From assembly GCA_051439505.1 (NCBI GenBank), contig JBFRWI010000119.1, forward strand, positions 1-36,016: DNA of 36,016 nucleotides, written 5' to 3'. The stretch's first letter is position 1. Each line of letters begins with the position of its first letter. This DNA is from Hormoscilla sp. GTDB taxonomy: Bacteria; Cyanobacteriota; Cyanobacteriia; Cyanobacteriales; Desertifilaceae. A program made the translations under genes and the position numbers. The notes below the pieces were generated by a model. It searched no databases. It was given only the letters and a program-made list of their open reading frames with translations, and was not told the origin of the DNA. Of the stretch, positions 20,801-30,213 are shown one piece after another.

Positions 20801-23213
20801 GAACCTGATGGCTTTAAGGCTAAGTGAAAAATTTCAAGTCCTGACGCAGAAATGTAAAATTTGTTATATCCTTGCCAGTCACGTAAATCATTGGGTGAAA
20901 CCCCTCAAAGGGTTTGATGCTATTAGCGAAGAAGGGTATCAAGCAGGTTTGGAGTCCGGAGAATTGCAATTTGCAGGATACATTCTGTTTGAGAAGCTAT
21001 TTCTACGTTACTATCTGGGAGAAAATCTGACGGAGATCTTGGCAGATAGTTTAGATATATTGCGGTTCAGCCAAAAAAACAAAAATCTGCAGGTGAGGGC
21101 GGCAGTCTGGGGATGGCAAATGATCGTCTGGAACTTGAGTGGGCTGACGGAAGAAAAGCAATATTTCCACAATGACGAAATGACCGAAGAGCAATATCTG
21201 TCAAATTGCTATGGTCAGAAAAATTATGGGGTCATTTGCCATTATCAGATTCTGAAATCCCAAGTTTTATATCTGTACGATCGGCCAGAATCAGCGCTCA
21301 GCTGTGCAATAGCGGCCCAAAATATGCTCGGGTATATTCGCGGTCAGTTCGCGGTGGCCTGCCAGAATTTTTACCATTCCCTCATCCTGGCGGCCCTCTA
21401 TCCGGATGCAACACCGGCAAGACAAAAGCAATACTGGCAGAAATTACTGGCCAATCAACAGCAGATGCAGATCTGGGCGGATAACGCGCCGGCAAATTTC
21501 CGACATATGTATCTGTTGGTGGCAGCAGAAATGGCCCGGATTTCAGGGGACCGGTTAGAGGCAATGGAGCTGTACGATCGGGCGATCGCAGAGGCCAGAG
21601 AGCAGGAGTGGATCCAGAATGAAGCCTTGGCCAACGAACTGGCCGCTAAGTTTTGGCTTTCTGTGGGTAAAGAGGAGTTTGCCAAACTCTACATGTCTAA
21701 AGCCCACTCTGGCTACAGACTTTGGGGGGCGAAACGGAAACTTTCCGATTTACAGAGCAAATATCCCCTGTTAATTGTCAAAACCTCGACAATGAGTAGC
21801 ATGACAGCTACTTTAATCATGTCTGACACCACCGACACCCAGGACATGCCTGGGAGTAGGGCCCTGGATATTGCCACAGTGATGAAAGCCTCTCAAGCCA
21901 TTTCTGGTGAAATTGTCCTGGCAGAATTGCTGAATAAGTTAAGGAAAATTACGCTGGAGAATGCTGGGGCCCAATATGGCGCTCTCATTGTCAACCGCGA
22001 CGGGACACTGATCATAGAAAACGCGGGGAATATCAATTATGCCGAGGTGGAAGTATCAACGCCGGTAGAAAATAGCGACCAGTTGCCAGTATCGACGATC
22101 AATTATGTAGCCAGAACCTCAGAAAAAGTGGTATTAAACAATGCTACGAGTTCGGAAAAGTTTGCTACGGATCCTTACATAAAACTGCATCAGCCTAAGT
22201 CACTATTATGCATGCCGATCGTCAATCAAGGCAAGCAGATCGGGCTCCTGTACCTGGAAAATAATCTGACGGAAGGGGCCTTTACGCGCGATCGCCTGGA
22301 ACTATTAAACCTGCTATGTTCCCAAGCTGCGATCGCGATGGAAAATGCCCGTCTGTACCAGCAGTCTCAAGAGTCCTTGCAGCAGCTACAACAGGCCCAA
22401 CTGCAATTGGTGCAGAGTGAAAAAATGTCCAGTCTCGGTCAGTTAGTAGCTGGTGTTGCCCATGAAATCAACAATCCCGTTGGTTTTATCGCAGGCAATT
22501 TGAGCCACGCCCAAGCATATATCCAAGACTTGATCGACCACTTGCAACTCTATCAGCAGCAGTTGGCCGATCCCGGAGAGAAAATTTCCGACCATGCAGA
22601 AGAGATTGATTTAGAATACTTGCTGGCAGATTTACCCAAGCTGATCTCCTCCATGCAAGAGGGGACCGATCGCATTCGTGAGATTAGCACTTCTATGAGG
22701 ACTTTCTCCCGTGCGGATACTGCCAAAATGGTAAAATTCAATATTCATGATGGCCTCGACAGCACTTTGCTGATTTTGAAACACCGGCTGAAAGCCAAAG
22801 TCAAGCGTCCTGCCATTGAGATTGTCAAAGAATATGGTGAATTGCCACAGATCAAGTGCTATCCCGGACAACTCAACCAGGTGTTTATGAATCTGATTGC
22901 TAATGCCATTGACGCCTTGGATGAGGACGATCACGGGCGAGATTTGCCAGCGCAAATTACCATTCGCACGGAATTTTTCTCCGACAAAAGGACTGTGATA
23001 GTGAGGATTAAAGATAACGGTCCGGGCATGTCAGCAGAAGTGCTACAGCAGCTGTTTGACCACTTGTTCACCACCAAACCTCCTGGAAAAGGCACCGGGT
23101 TGGGGTTGTCGATTTCTCGTCAAATTGTCGAGGAAAAACATGGAGGCAAGTTGAGCTGTACTTCCGCACCCGGACAGGGGGCCTCCTTCGCGATCGAACT
23201 CCCAATGCATTAA
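17886..23213 (+). CDS. Trifunctional Ser/Thr kinase - AAA ATPase - GAF - histidine kinase (HstK/Pkn-type)
   Basis: HKDVNPAN, DFG, GTLAYISPEQTG; Walker A GYSGIGKS, FLDDLQWAD; GAF (LYLENN); HEINNP, DNGPG, GKGTGLGL. Start could be 17820. Confidence 0.95.
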   Translation: MMMAIASYEIREKIYESAKSLVYRGSRQSDGQPAILKMLKDDYPTSAELTRLRQEYEIIRSLNIEGAIAAYELQKYQNTLVLVLEDFGGYSLKQWLGERQLTVAEFLTIAIKITAGLQGIHAANIIHKDVNPANIVFNSETGQLKFIDFGIATRLSRSKQDQIDPLGLEGTLAYISPEQTGRMNRSLDYRTDFYSLGATFYELLVGQPPFTGNDVMELIHSQIAIEPAPPHLLRSEIPQTISNIVMKLLAKAPEERYQSAWGIKADLETCRHQLLETGEIADFILGRQDISSQFQIPDRLYGRSVEVESLLIAFKRVRRGSCEMMLVKGYSGIGKSTLVREISKQITREGGYFITGKFDHFQSKMPYSAVIRAFQGLVRQLLAQSQGDLDRWKEKLLAALGPDGQVIVDLIREVELIVGPQPPVQSLAPGSSEVRLHLVLSNFIGIFCSREHPLVIFLDDLQWADGATLKLIKRILSPGNQKYLLFVGAYPDNEVNSNHPLERALKAIRSSGAIVNDITLSPLGPEEITQLIADSLHQDPQRVTPLAELVRRKTNGNPFFVHQFLRLLYAENLLTFNQHQSEGSPGEWQWDYGKIEAKSITDNVIDLTIAKLQQLPVGTRQALCLAACLGHKFDLTTLSIILEKFAPETFGDLVPAIQSGLIIPICNLDEIQTDLLDVPLLTLNYKFRHDRVRQAAYNLIDELQKAAVHLKIGRRLLQRLSEQSSSEKIFELVTHLNLGRALITDSQELMQLAQLNLAASRKATEATAYSAAHSYLMAGMASLPDNSWNVDYDLTLAIYRQRAEVEYLNGNFEQSLALINIILTNAKSVLEVADVYKLLTVQYTLLMQHAEAIQASAVALSSLGVQWPSDDWQEALEVEMAAATRNLPRGAIANVLDGPQMTDPSKKVAVQLLENLIATAYQSDQGLMDWIVVKIVNLSLEYGHTPESCLGYSAYGMLLGSLFGDYQSGYEWNLMALRLSEKFQVLTQKCKICYILASHVNHWVKPLKGFDAISEEGYQAGLESGELQFAGYILFEKLFLRYYLGENLTEILADSLDILRFSQKNKNLQVRAAVWGWQMIVWNLSGLTEEKQYFHNDEMTEEQYLSNCYGQKNYGVICHYQILKSQVLYLYDRPESALSCAIAAQNMLGYIRGQFAVACQNFYHSLILAALYPDATPARQKQYWQKLLANQQQMQIWADNAPANFRHMYLLVAAEMARISGDRLEAMELYDRAIAEAREQEWIQNEALANELAAKFWLSVGKEEFAKLYMSKAHSGYRLWGAKRKLSDLQSKYPLLIVKTSTMSSMTATLIMSDTTDTQDMPGSRALDIATVMKASQAISGEIVLAELLNKLRKITLENAGAQYGALIVNRDGTLIIENAGNINYAEVEVSTPVENSDQLPVSTINYVARTSEKVVLNNATSSEKFATDPYIKLHQPKSLLCMPIVNQGKQIGLLYLENNLTEGAFTRDRLELLNLLCSQAAIAMENARLYQQSQESLQQLQQAQLQLVQSEKMSSLGQLVAGVAHEINNPVGFIAGNLSHAQAYIQDLIDHLQLYQQQLADPGEKISDHAEEIDLEYLLADLPKLISSMQEGTDRIREISTSMRTFSRADTAKMVKFNIHDGLDSTLLILKHRLKAKVKRPAIEIVKEYGELPQIKCYPGQLNQVFMNLIANAIDALDEDDHGRDLPAQITIRTEFFSDKRTVIVRIKDNGPGMSAEVLQQLFDHLFTTKPPGKGTGLGLSISRQIVEEKHGGKLSCTSAPGQGASFAIELPMH

Positions 23214-23260
23214 GTTGTTAGTTGTTAGTTGTTAGTTGTCAGTTGTCAGGTGCTAATTGT
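23214..23260 (+). repeat. Heptamer tandem repeat AGTTGT(T/C)
   Basis: About 5 units directly after the kinase stop; also AGTTGTC x3 at about 17121-17140. Confidence 0.8.
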
Positions 23261-23373
23261 GGAAATTTTTTGTTCTTATTGCCCAACGTCAGTTCGACAG
23301 CTACTCAAATTCCGAGCTCTCTGAGAGATCGATTTGCCTCAAACCCGCATGATTACGTGACGGGCGGATAATA

Positions 23374-23404
23374 ACTACGAACTACGAACTACGAACTACG
23401 AACT
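23374..23404 (+). repeat. Heptamer tandem repeat ACTACGA x4
   Basis: actacgaactacgaactacgaactacgaact. Confidence 0.8.
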
Positions 23405-23688
23405 CACGTTGCCCAGCCCTGACGAGAGATAAAATCTTAAAAATTTGTTAAAAAATTTTAAAAAATGAAAAATTTTTTTCCATCCCCTAACCCCCGCCCC
23501 TCCCCCCTCCTCCTCCCATAGCCTGACATTTACTGACTGCTTTTTTCAACCGTATTCATACGGAAATTTTCCTAATTGTCAGGACTAATTTTCCACTAAA
23601 AATATCAGGTAATTTCATGAGAACAGATTGACAAAGGGATACCTTGAGAGTAATCTATAGAGGTAAGAGAATTCTATCCAAGAGGAAA

Positions 23689-24843
23689 ATGACAAAGATG
23701 ACTCAATCGGGATTAATTTTAATTGCTGGCTCCGATCAATCGACAGATACAGAAGTGCTAGTTCAGACTCTTTCGGAAGCGGGATTGGTGGCGAAGTCAA
23801 TTGATGGCGAGAAGGCGATCGAACAGGCATCTCAGGAGCGTCCAGATGCGATCTTATTGGACATGCCAGAGGCGGGAGCGATTTGCCAGAAACTGAAGAA
23901 TAATCCCGCAACGGCAGATATACCGGTAATTGCGATCGCGCCTCAGGAGGAGAAAGAGAATCTCGTCAAAATACTGAAGTTGGGAGCAGCAGATTACATC
24001 ACCAAGCCCTGGGAACCGGAGGAATTATTAGCCCGTGTCAGGTTGCACTTGCAACTGCGAAATTCTACCAAGTTACTGATGGGGATGGACAGAATGTCTA
24101 GCTTGGGGAAAATGGTAGGAGGCGTGACTCACGAAATGAATAATGCCGTGGGCTTAGTCTACGGCAATGTGGACTACGCTAATGACTATGTTAAGGACAT
24201 GCTCAGTCTGATTGAAGTCTATCAGGATGAATACCCGGAACCGACGGAGGCAGTGGAGGAGGCTGCTGAAGAAGTTGACCTGGAATTCCTGGTGGAAGAT
24301 TTGGAAAAAATGCTCGTGTCGATGAAGAACGGGGCGGAACGGATGCGGGATATCGTTATGTCTCTACAGAACTTCTCCCGCATGGATGAAGACTCTATGA
24401 AGCCTACGGATATTCATGAGAGCATTGATGGGATATTGGTGATTTTGCACAATATCATCAAAAAAGGGACTGAGGTGGTTAAAGAATATGGTAAACTGCC
24501 AAATGTTACCTGTTACCCGGCTCTGCTGTCTCAGGTGTTTATGAATACTATTAATTATTGCCTAGACGCCTTAGCAACTGATGCTACCTCAAAGCCGACT
24601 ATTACTATTCGCACGGAAATGACTGACTCCGAGGCGATCGTCCGCATTGCTGATAATGGTCCGGGGATGAGTGCGGAGGCAGTCGATGGGATATTTGACC
24701 CGTTCTCTACATCTACGGGCAATAGCGTGGGGCTGTTCGTTGCCCGGAATGTAATAGAAGTAAAACATGGGGGTAAGCTGAGTTGTACTTCTACTCCCGG
24801 AGAAGGGACGGAGTTTGTGATTTCCTTGCCCTTGGGTAATTGA
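23689..24843 (+). CDS. Hybrid REC-histidine kinase with degenerate motifs
   Basis: PDAILLD, ADYITKP; HEMNN, ADNGPG and FDPF present; N-box and G2 box atypical. Confidence 0.85.
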   Translation: MTKMTQSGLILIAGSDQSTDTEVLVQTLSEAGLVAKSIDGEKAIEQASQERPDAILLDMPEAGAICQKLKNNPATADIPVIAIAPQEEKENLVKILKLGAADYITKPWEPEELLARVRLHLQLRNSTKLLMGMDRMSSLGKMVGGVTHEMNNAVGLVYGNVDYANDYVKDMLSLIEVYQDEYPEPTEAVEEAAEEVDLEFLVEDLEKMLVSMKNGAERMRDIVMSLQNFSRMDEDSMKPTDIHESIDGILVILHNIIKKGTEVVKEYGKLPNVTCYPALLSQVFMNTINYCLDALATDATSKPTITIRTEMTDSEAIVRIADNGPGMSAEAVDGIFDPFSTSTGNSVGLFVARNVIEVKHGGKLSCTSTPGEGTEFVISLPLGN

Positions 24844-24923
24844 TGGCACTTAGGGTTGCCGGGCGATCGCCCGGCAACCGGGCAGGTATGGTACATTGAG
24901 ATAGCCATCTACAGTAGCTGAAA

Positions 24924-27659
24924 ATGGAAATCCTCTCGGTTAGTCTGAAGAACTTTAAGTCCCACCAGGACAGGTATTTTGAATTTCAATCGGGCACGAA
25001 TGCTATTTGTGGCGAGAACGGTGCCGGGAAAACGAGTATCTTAGAGGCGATCGCCTGGACGTTGTTCACCTACAGCGACTACAGTAAGAAGGATGACTTG
25101 GTGCGCAAAGGGGCGAAAACGGCCCAAGTGACGGTACAGTTTATTTCTAGCTTGGACGGACGCACCTATCAAGTGCAACGCTGCACCCGCCAGGGTTACC
25201 AACTCTATGACCCCCAGCTAAATCAAAAGCTTGACTGCACTAAGATCGATGAGGTACAATGCTGGCTGCGATCGCACATGCGCCTAGCTGCCGATACGGA
25301 CCTGCCGAAGCTGTTTGCGGAGACGATCGGGATCCCCCAAGGCAGCTTTACGACGGACTTCTTAAAACGGGCAGGCGATCGCAAAAAGGTTTTCGATCCA
25401 ATTTTAAGAGTCGAGGAGTATAGGGAAGCATTCAGTCAGTCTAAGGAGCTAGAAAATTATGCCAAGTCTCAAGTGACACAGCTTGAACAGATAATAGCAC
25501 AATATGAAGTGCGGCTGCAAGACTGGCAAGAATTACAGCAGCAACAGGATATACTCCAGGGTAAAATTAAGGAAGAGTCAGCAGAGTTGGAGCTGCTGAC
25601 TGTAGAATTGGATAAGCTACAGAAACTCAAAGAAAATTTGAGAGAAAAAGCAGATAAAATTCAACAGCAAAGGGACCAGTTACAAAAGCTGGAAAGCGAT
25701 ATTAGCAGGCAAGAACATGTCAATATTTCTCTGCAAAAAGACCTGCAAAAAGCCCAGTCAGCAGCTAGTTTATGTGAGAGGAATCTCGAAAGCTATCGCG
25801 CCTATCAACAGGGGGAGTCGGTACGGCAAGAACTTGACGCCCAAGGTACTGCCAAGCAGAAGCTTTTACGGGAACGGGAGGGTTATCAACAGAGGATAAC
25901 TCAAAGTCAAGCTGAACTGACTAAGTTGCAGTTGCAACTAGAAAATTTGCAGCAGATTGAGGTAAAATTTGAGGAGCTGAAACCGGCGATCGCCCAGCAA
26001 GAGGCCCTAGAGTCACAACAAAAAAAGATCGCAGCCGAGTTACAGGAACTACAGGGGCAACGACTGGAACAGCAAAGTTTGGGCAAGCAGGTAACGAAAC
26101 TGCAACAACAGTTGCGATCGCGATCAGAAAAAATTAAGGATCTACAGAGTTTAGCATCTGTCGTAGATCGGATTCCGGAACTGAAACGCCATTGCCATCG
26201 CGATCGGGAACAACTGAGTCGCATAGAAGCAGCTAAACAGTTTGAAGCTTCTTTGCAGCAAATTGTCAAGTCCGGGACCCAAAAGCGCGATCGCTACCTG
26301 TCGCAAGCTCAGAAATTACTAGAAATTCTGCCTAATGGAGAGCGGGTAAAGGAAATTCGCGATATCCTGCAGATGGGTGCGAGTTTGCATGGGGAAATGC
26401 TGGGGTCTTTAGGACAGATTTTGCAAGATATTTCCGGGCAAGTTTCCGCCCCACAGTTACAGCAGCAACTGGATGCACTGGAAGGTGAACTGGATCGAGC
26501 TTATCAATGTAAGGCTGAATATGATACCCTAGAAGGGAAGCTGCGGGAGTCAAATCAACTGCGGCAGGAAATTCAAAAGCAGCGCGATCGCATCTTAGAA
26601 CTGAATGCATCCCTAAAAGCTGACTCACAGTTGAAAACAGAACTTGAGAAAATCGAACGGCATCTGCAAGCTTTAAACGACCCCCGTGGTAAAAGTAAAC
26701 TATTGGCAGCTCAATTGCAAACAGCACCTTCTATCCGGGTCAAGTACGATCGACTCCAGCAGGGGGACGGGGAAATTAGGGAAAAAATAGCTCGGATCGA
26801 GGCGGAATTAACCAATTTTGCTGACTTGGAAACGCGCATGGAGTCCCAAAAGCAGCTCCAACAGTCCCACCGATCGGGTTATTTGAACTATATTAAGCAT
26901 GAGGATGAAGTGAAAAAACTGCCGAGTCTTGAGGGAGAAGTGGCAAAGGCGATCGCCCAATTAGAAACTCTATCAGCGCAGCGGGTAGCTATGCAAGCTT
27001 CCCATGACAAATTGCTTCAAAGCTACAATCCGCAGCGGTTACAAGAAATCGAAAATGATTATAATAACAAAAGGCATCGCCTGGCCCAACTGGAAGGCAG
27101 TTTGCCTCCCAAACGCCAGCAGTTAAGGGTAATTCAGGCACAGTTAGCCACTCGACAGGAAGTAGCAGCAAAGCGCGATCGGGCGAATGCCGAACTAGCG
27201 GAACGGCAAAAGGTCCAGAAATTTATCAGCAACTCCCGTCAGGTTTACAACCAGGCATCGCCGCGCATTACCAAGTATTATTTAGATGAGATTTCCCGAG
27301 AAGCCGATCGGCTATTTCGCGAACTGATCGATCGCCAAAATGTGGCCTTGGAATGGACGGAAGATTATGAAATTATGGTGCAAGAGGCCGGATATCGGCG
27401 GGGGTTTAAGAGTCTCTCCGGCGGCGAACAGATGTGTGCCGCCTTAGCTGTCCGCTTAGCCTTACTGAAGATTTTAGCTAATATTGATGTCGCTTTCTTT
27501 GACGAACCGACTACCAATATGGACCAGTACCGTCGCCGACAGCTAGCCGATGCGATCGCCAATATCAAAACCTTCCGACAGCTATTCGTGATCAGCCACG
27601 ACGACACCTTTGAAAACATGTCTAACATTATACATGTCAAGCCGAATGACCCACGATAG
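24924..27659 (+). CDS. sbcC: SbcC/Rad50-like SMC-family ATPase
   Basis: L.NFKSH, GENGAGKT, Q-loop IPQG.F, long coiled coil, LSGGE, FFDEPT and ISHD motifs. Confidence 0.88.
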   Translation: MEILSVSLKNFKSHQDRYFEFQSGTNAICGENGAGKTSILEAIAWTLFTYSDYSKKDDLVRKGAKTAQVTVQFISSLDGRTYQVQRCTRQGYQLYDPQLNQKLDCTKIDEVQCWLRSHMRLAADTDLPKLFAETIGIPQGSFTTDFLKRAGDRKKVFDPILRVEEYREAFSQSKELENYAKSQVTQLEQIIAQYEVRLQDWQELQQQQDILQGKIKEESAELELLTVELDKLQKLKENLREKADKIQQQRDQLQKLESDISRQEHVNISLQKDLQKAQSAASLCERNLESYRAYQQGESVRQELDAQGTAKQKLLREREGYQQRITQSQAELTKLQLQLENLQQIEVKFEELKPAIAQQEALESQQKKIAAELQELQGQRLEQQSLGKQVTKLQQQLRSRSEKIKDLQSLASVVDRIPELKRHCHRDREQLSRIEAAKQFEASLQQIVKSGTQKRDRYLSQAQKLLEILPNGERVKEIRDILQMGASLHGEMLGSLGQILQDISGQVSAPQLQQQLDALEGELDRAYQCKAEYDTLEGKLRESNQLRQEIQKQRDRILELNASLKADSQLKTELEKIERHLQALNDPRGKSKLLAAQLQTAPSIRVKYDRLQQGDGEIREKIARIEAELTNFADLETRMESQKQLQQSHRSGYLNYIKHEDEVKKLPSLEGEVAKAIAQLETLSAQRVAMQASHDKLLQSYNPQRLQEIENDYNNKRHRLAQLEGSLPPKRQQLRVIQAQLATRQEVAAKRDRANAELAERQKVQKFISNSRQVYNQASPRITKYYLDEISREADRLFRELIDRQNVALEWTEDYEIMVQEAGYRRGFKSLSGGEQMCAALAVRLALLKILANIDVAFFDEPTTNMDQYRRRQLADAIANIKTFRQLFVISHDDTFENMSNIIHVKPNDPR

Positions 27660-27680
27660 GGGCGATCGGGCCTGTAGCAT

Positions 27681-28244
27681 TCAGCCATTTCCCGATACTA
27701 TTTCCCTAGCATCTTCACCAAATGTTAACGGCAGATCTGGCGATGCACTGGCGGCGATCGCTTTCGGACAGGCCCAATTGGTGGGCAGCATCGCCGGCCA
27801 TCCTCGGCGTAGGGCCTCGGGACAGATCGTATGAATTGTCAACTGACAGTCAATCAGCTGCAATCCAGATTTTTCCGCCTGCTTGAGACCTTGCTTCAAG
27901 ATCGTGTCATTTTTGAACTCCAGGGTCTGGTTGCACTGCACGCAGACGATGTGATGGTGGTGATGGGGGTAAGGATGGTTGAGTTCGTAATGCTTGTGCC
28001 CTTCTGCCAACTCCAGTTCTCGCAGGATACCCATGCGGGTCATCAACTTCACCGTCCGGTAGATCGTGGACAGAGAGATCTGTTCTCCCCGCTGTTGCAA
28101 CAGTTCGTAAAGTTCTTCCGCACTCAGATGGTTGCCCCTGGGGAGATTTTGGAAGACATGCAGGATCGTTTCCCGTTGCGGCGTCAAACGCCAACCCTTG
28201 GAATTTAACTCTGCTTTCAGGGATGCGGCGGTGTAGAGGGACAT
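27681..28244 (-). CDS. fur: Ferric uptake regulator (FurA-type)
   Basis: GWRLTPQRETIL, HLSAEELY, SLSTIYR, HHHHHIVCVQC motifs; start at MSLYTAASLK. Confidence 0.92.
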   Translation of the reverse strand: MSLYTAASLKAELNSKGWRLTPQRETILHVFQNLPRGNHLSAEELYELLQQRGEQISLSTIYRTVKLMTRMGILRELELAEGHKHYELNHPYPHHHHHIVCVQCNQTLEFKNDTILKQGLKQAEKSGLQLIDCQLTIHTICPEALRRGWPAMLPTNWACPKAIAASASPDLPLTFGEDAREIVSGNG

Positions 28245-28254
28245 CTTAACTAAC

Positions 28255-28345
28255 CTTCTCAATAAATTATCTTTGTTGATAATTATAATTCTTTCTTCAG
28301 CAAATTGGCAACAAAGATGATTAATTGAGAATAAATGTTATTAAT
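28255..28345. promoter_or_regulatory. AT-rich putative Fur-box half sites (autoregulation)
   Basis: ttctcaat, ttgataat and attgagaat motifs immediately upstream of fur. Confidence 0.4.
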
Positions 28346-28565
28346 CCTCCGATTCTCGGTTCGTAGTCAGGACTTAGTCCTGCTGCTGCCGGTGGTTAGC
28401 AACCGTAGAAACCCAACCGGCGATCGAGGAGCGGGGGCCCTGTCCATTGGTTCAATGATGTTGACCAGAGATAAATCCATTTAATCAGGCTGTCGCGATT
28501 TTTGCTGTTGCTTGCGAATAAAGAGATGATATTATCGGCAAGAATTAAACCCAGCAAGTAAACTC

Positions 28566-28841
28566 ATGAAATCTATATGGACTGCTTCGATCCTTAGCAT
28601 TGTTGTTTCACTAGGTCTGTCTCTGACCAGTTGCCAGAACCCTAAACTATCTGAGTCTTCCGGTTCTGTCTCAACGGATACAAAAGCGACGAAAAAAACT
28701 GTATTTTCAGGAACTTCCGATCGCCAAGGGCCGAATGACTCGGGTACCTTTACCTTTATCCAAGACAAAAATACCTTGCGCGGCGCGATCGTACCTCAAA
28801 CTGGTTTATGGGATACAATAATTATAATAAATATCAGATAG
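28566..28841 (+). pseudogene. Short, probably truncated lipoprotein
   Basis: Lipobox LTSC after a hydrophobic signal and Ser/Thr linker; the ORF runs into AT-rich non-coding-like sequence after GGCGCGATCGT. Confidence 0.45.
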
Positions 28842-28996
28842 TAACAAGAGGTAAATATGACCGCGATCGCATCCCAAAGCCGCGTCAGGGCGATCGCCGA
28901 AAAATTAACAAAACTTAACTTGGCGAACTGAAGCATGATGTGTTAAATTAGATGAAAGCAGAATTGAGCAACATTGAAAAGAAGGAGAAGTTGGAG

Positions 28997-29965
28997 ATGG
29001 CAAGACCGACATTCATTAGTCCGACAGTCGATTATGCGTTCAAAAAAATCTTTGGCTCGGACAAAAGTGAAGATATTATGTTGAGCTTCTTGAATGCAAT
29101 AATATATAATGGGGAAAGGGTCATATCATCCTTGACAATAATAAATCCTTACAACCCGGGTCAAGTAAAGAAGTTGAAGGACAGTTACTTGGATGTGAGG
29201 GCGGTACTACGGAGTGGGGAGATAGTGCTGATAGAAATGCAAATGGCACGGGTGCAGGGATTTCACAAGCGGGTGATGTACAATATGTGTAAGTCCTATG
29301 CAAATCAGTTGGATGAAAGAGAATTTTACCTGGGGATAACTCCAGTGATAGCAGTGACGGTAACAGATTTTATCCTGTTTAAGGAAAAAAAATCAATTCA
29401 TCATTTCGTGTTCGGAGAAAAGGAAGGAAAAAAGACAGAGTATCCCCAGCATGAATTAGAGATGGTATTTGTGGAATTGCCAAGATTCAAAAAAGAGTTG
29501 AAATCCTTGACAACCTTGGCAGAGAAATGGATTTATTTCATCAAGCATGCATCAGAGTTAACGGAAGTACCTCCAAGTTTGGAAGAGGTGGCAGAAATAG
29601 ACAAGGCATTAAAGATCGCGAAGCTAGTGAATATGGCTCCCGAAGAAGCAGAGGCAGTAATAAGTCGCGCAATCAGTTTGCAAGATGAGATAGGAAAAAT
29701 AAAGTATGCCAATGAAGAAGGACGTGAAGAAGGACGTGAAGAAGGACGCATTATTGAAGCCCGCGCTTTGGTAATGCGTCAGCTAAAAAAGCGATTTGGC
29801 CAAATGACGGAGGAAATAAATAGCTCCGTAGAAAGTTTGTCACTGTTAGATTTGGAAAGGTTGACAGAGGATATTTTTGATTTTAATAGTCGGGAAGATT
29901 TGTTTAATTGGTTGTCGGAAGTAGAGTCACCCCAAGGGCGATCGCCTTCTGGACCCAGTTCCTGA
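28997..29965 (+). CDS. Rpn-family recombination-promoting nuclease (PD-(D/E)XK_2) with DUF4351-like C-terminus
   Basis: FISPTVDYAFKKIFG, LDVRA...IEMQ, FVELPRF, EKWIYF, (EEGR)3 and RQLKKRFG motifs; alternative start 28952. Confidence 0.9.
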   Translation: MARPTFISPTVDYAFKKIFGSDKSEDIMLSFLNAIIYNGERVISSLTIINPYNPGQVKKLKDSYLDVRAVLRSGEIVLIEMQMARVQGFHKRVMYNMCKSYANQLDEREFYLGITPVIAVTVTDFILFKEKKSIHHFVFGEKEGKKTEYPQHELEMVFVELPRFKKELKSLTTLAEKWIYFIKHASELTEVPPSLEEVAEIDKALKIAKLVNMAPEEAEAVISRAISLQDEIGKIKYANEEGREEGREEGRIIEARALVMRQLKKRFGQMTEEINSSVESLSLLDLERLTEDIFDFNSREDLFNWLSEVESPQGRSPSGPSS

Positions 29966-30056
29966 AACATTCATTCTTGCCCGATCGCACCTGCGGCGAT
30001 CGCCGGTCTTCGTCAGCAGCAAAGGGCGATCGCACTAGGTGCAACGATAATGCATG

Positions 30057-30110
30057 TAGCCCGCGTAGGCGGGCTAAGTTCGCTGTAGCCGGGCCCTTTA
30101 GGGTTCGGGC
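30057..30110 (+). repeat. Dispersed repeat (second copy of the 16688 element)
   Basis: gtagcccgcgtaggcgggctaagttcgctgtagccgggccctttagggttcgggc. Confidence 0.7.
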
Positions 30111-30213
30111 AGATTGAAAATTAACAAAACTTAACTTGCCCAACAGACAGCTTCTGGGTTAGCATGTTATCGTCAACGCCAGAGGAGTAGGCGAAGCGTG
30201 AGGGAAATGTCAA

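Noticed and set aside
28952..29965. Calling rpn an insertion sequence
   Set aside because: No terminal inverted repeats or TSD; the Rpn family are not demonstrated transposases
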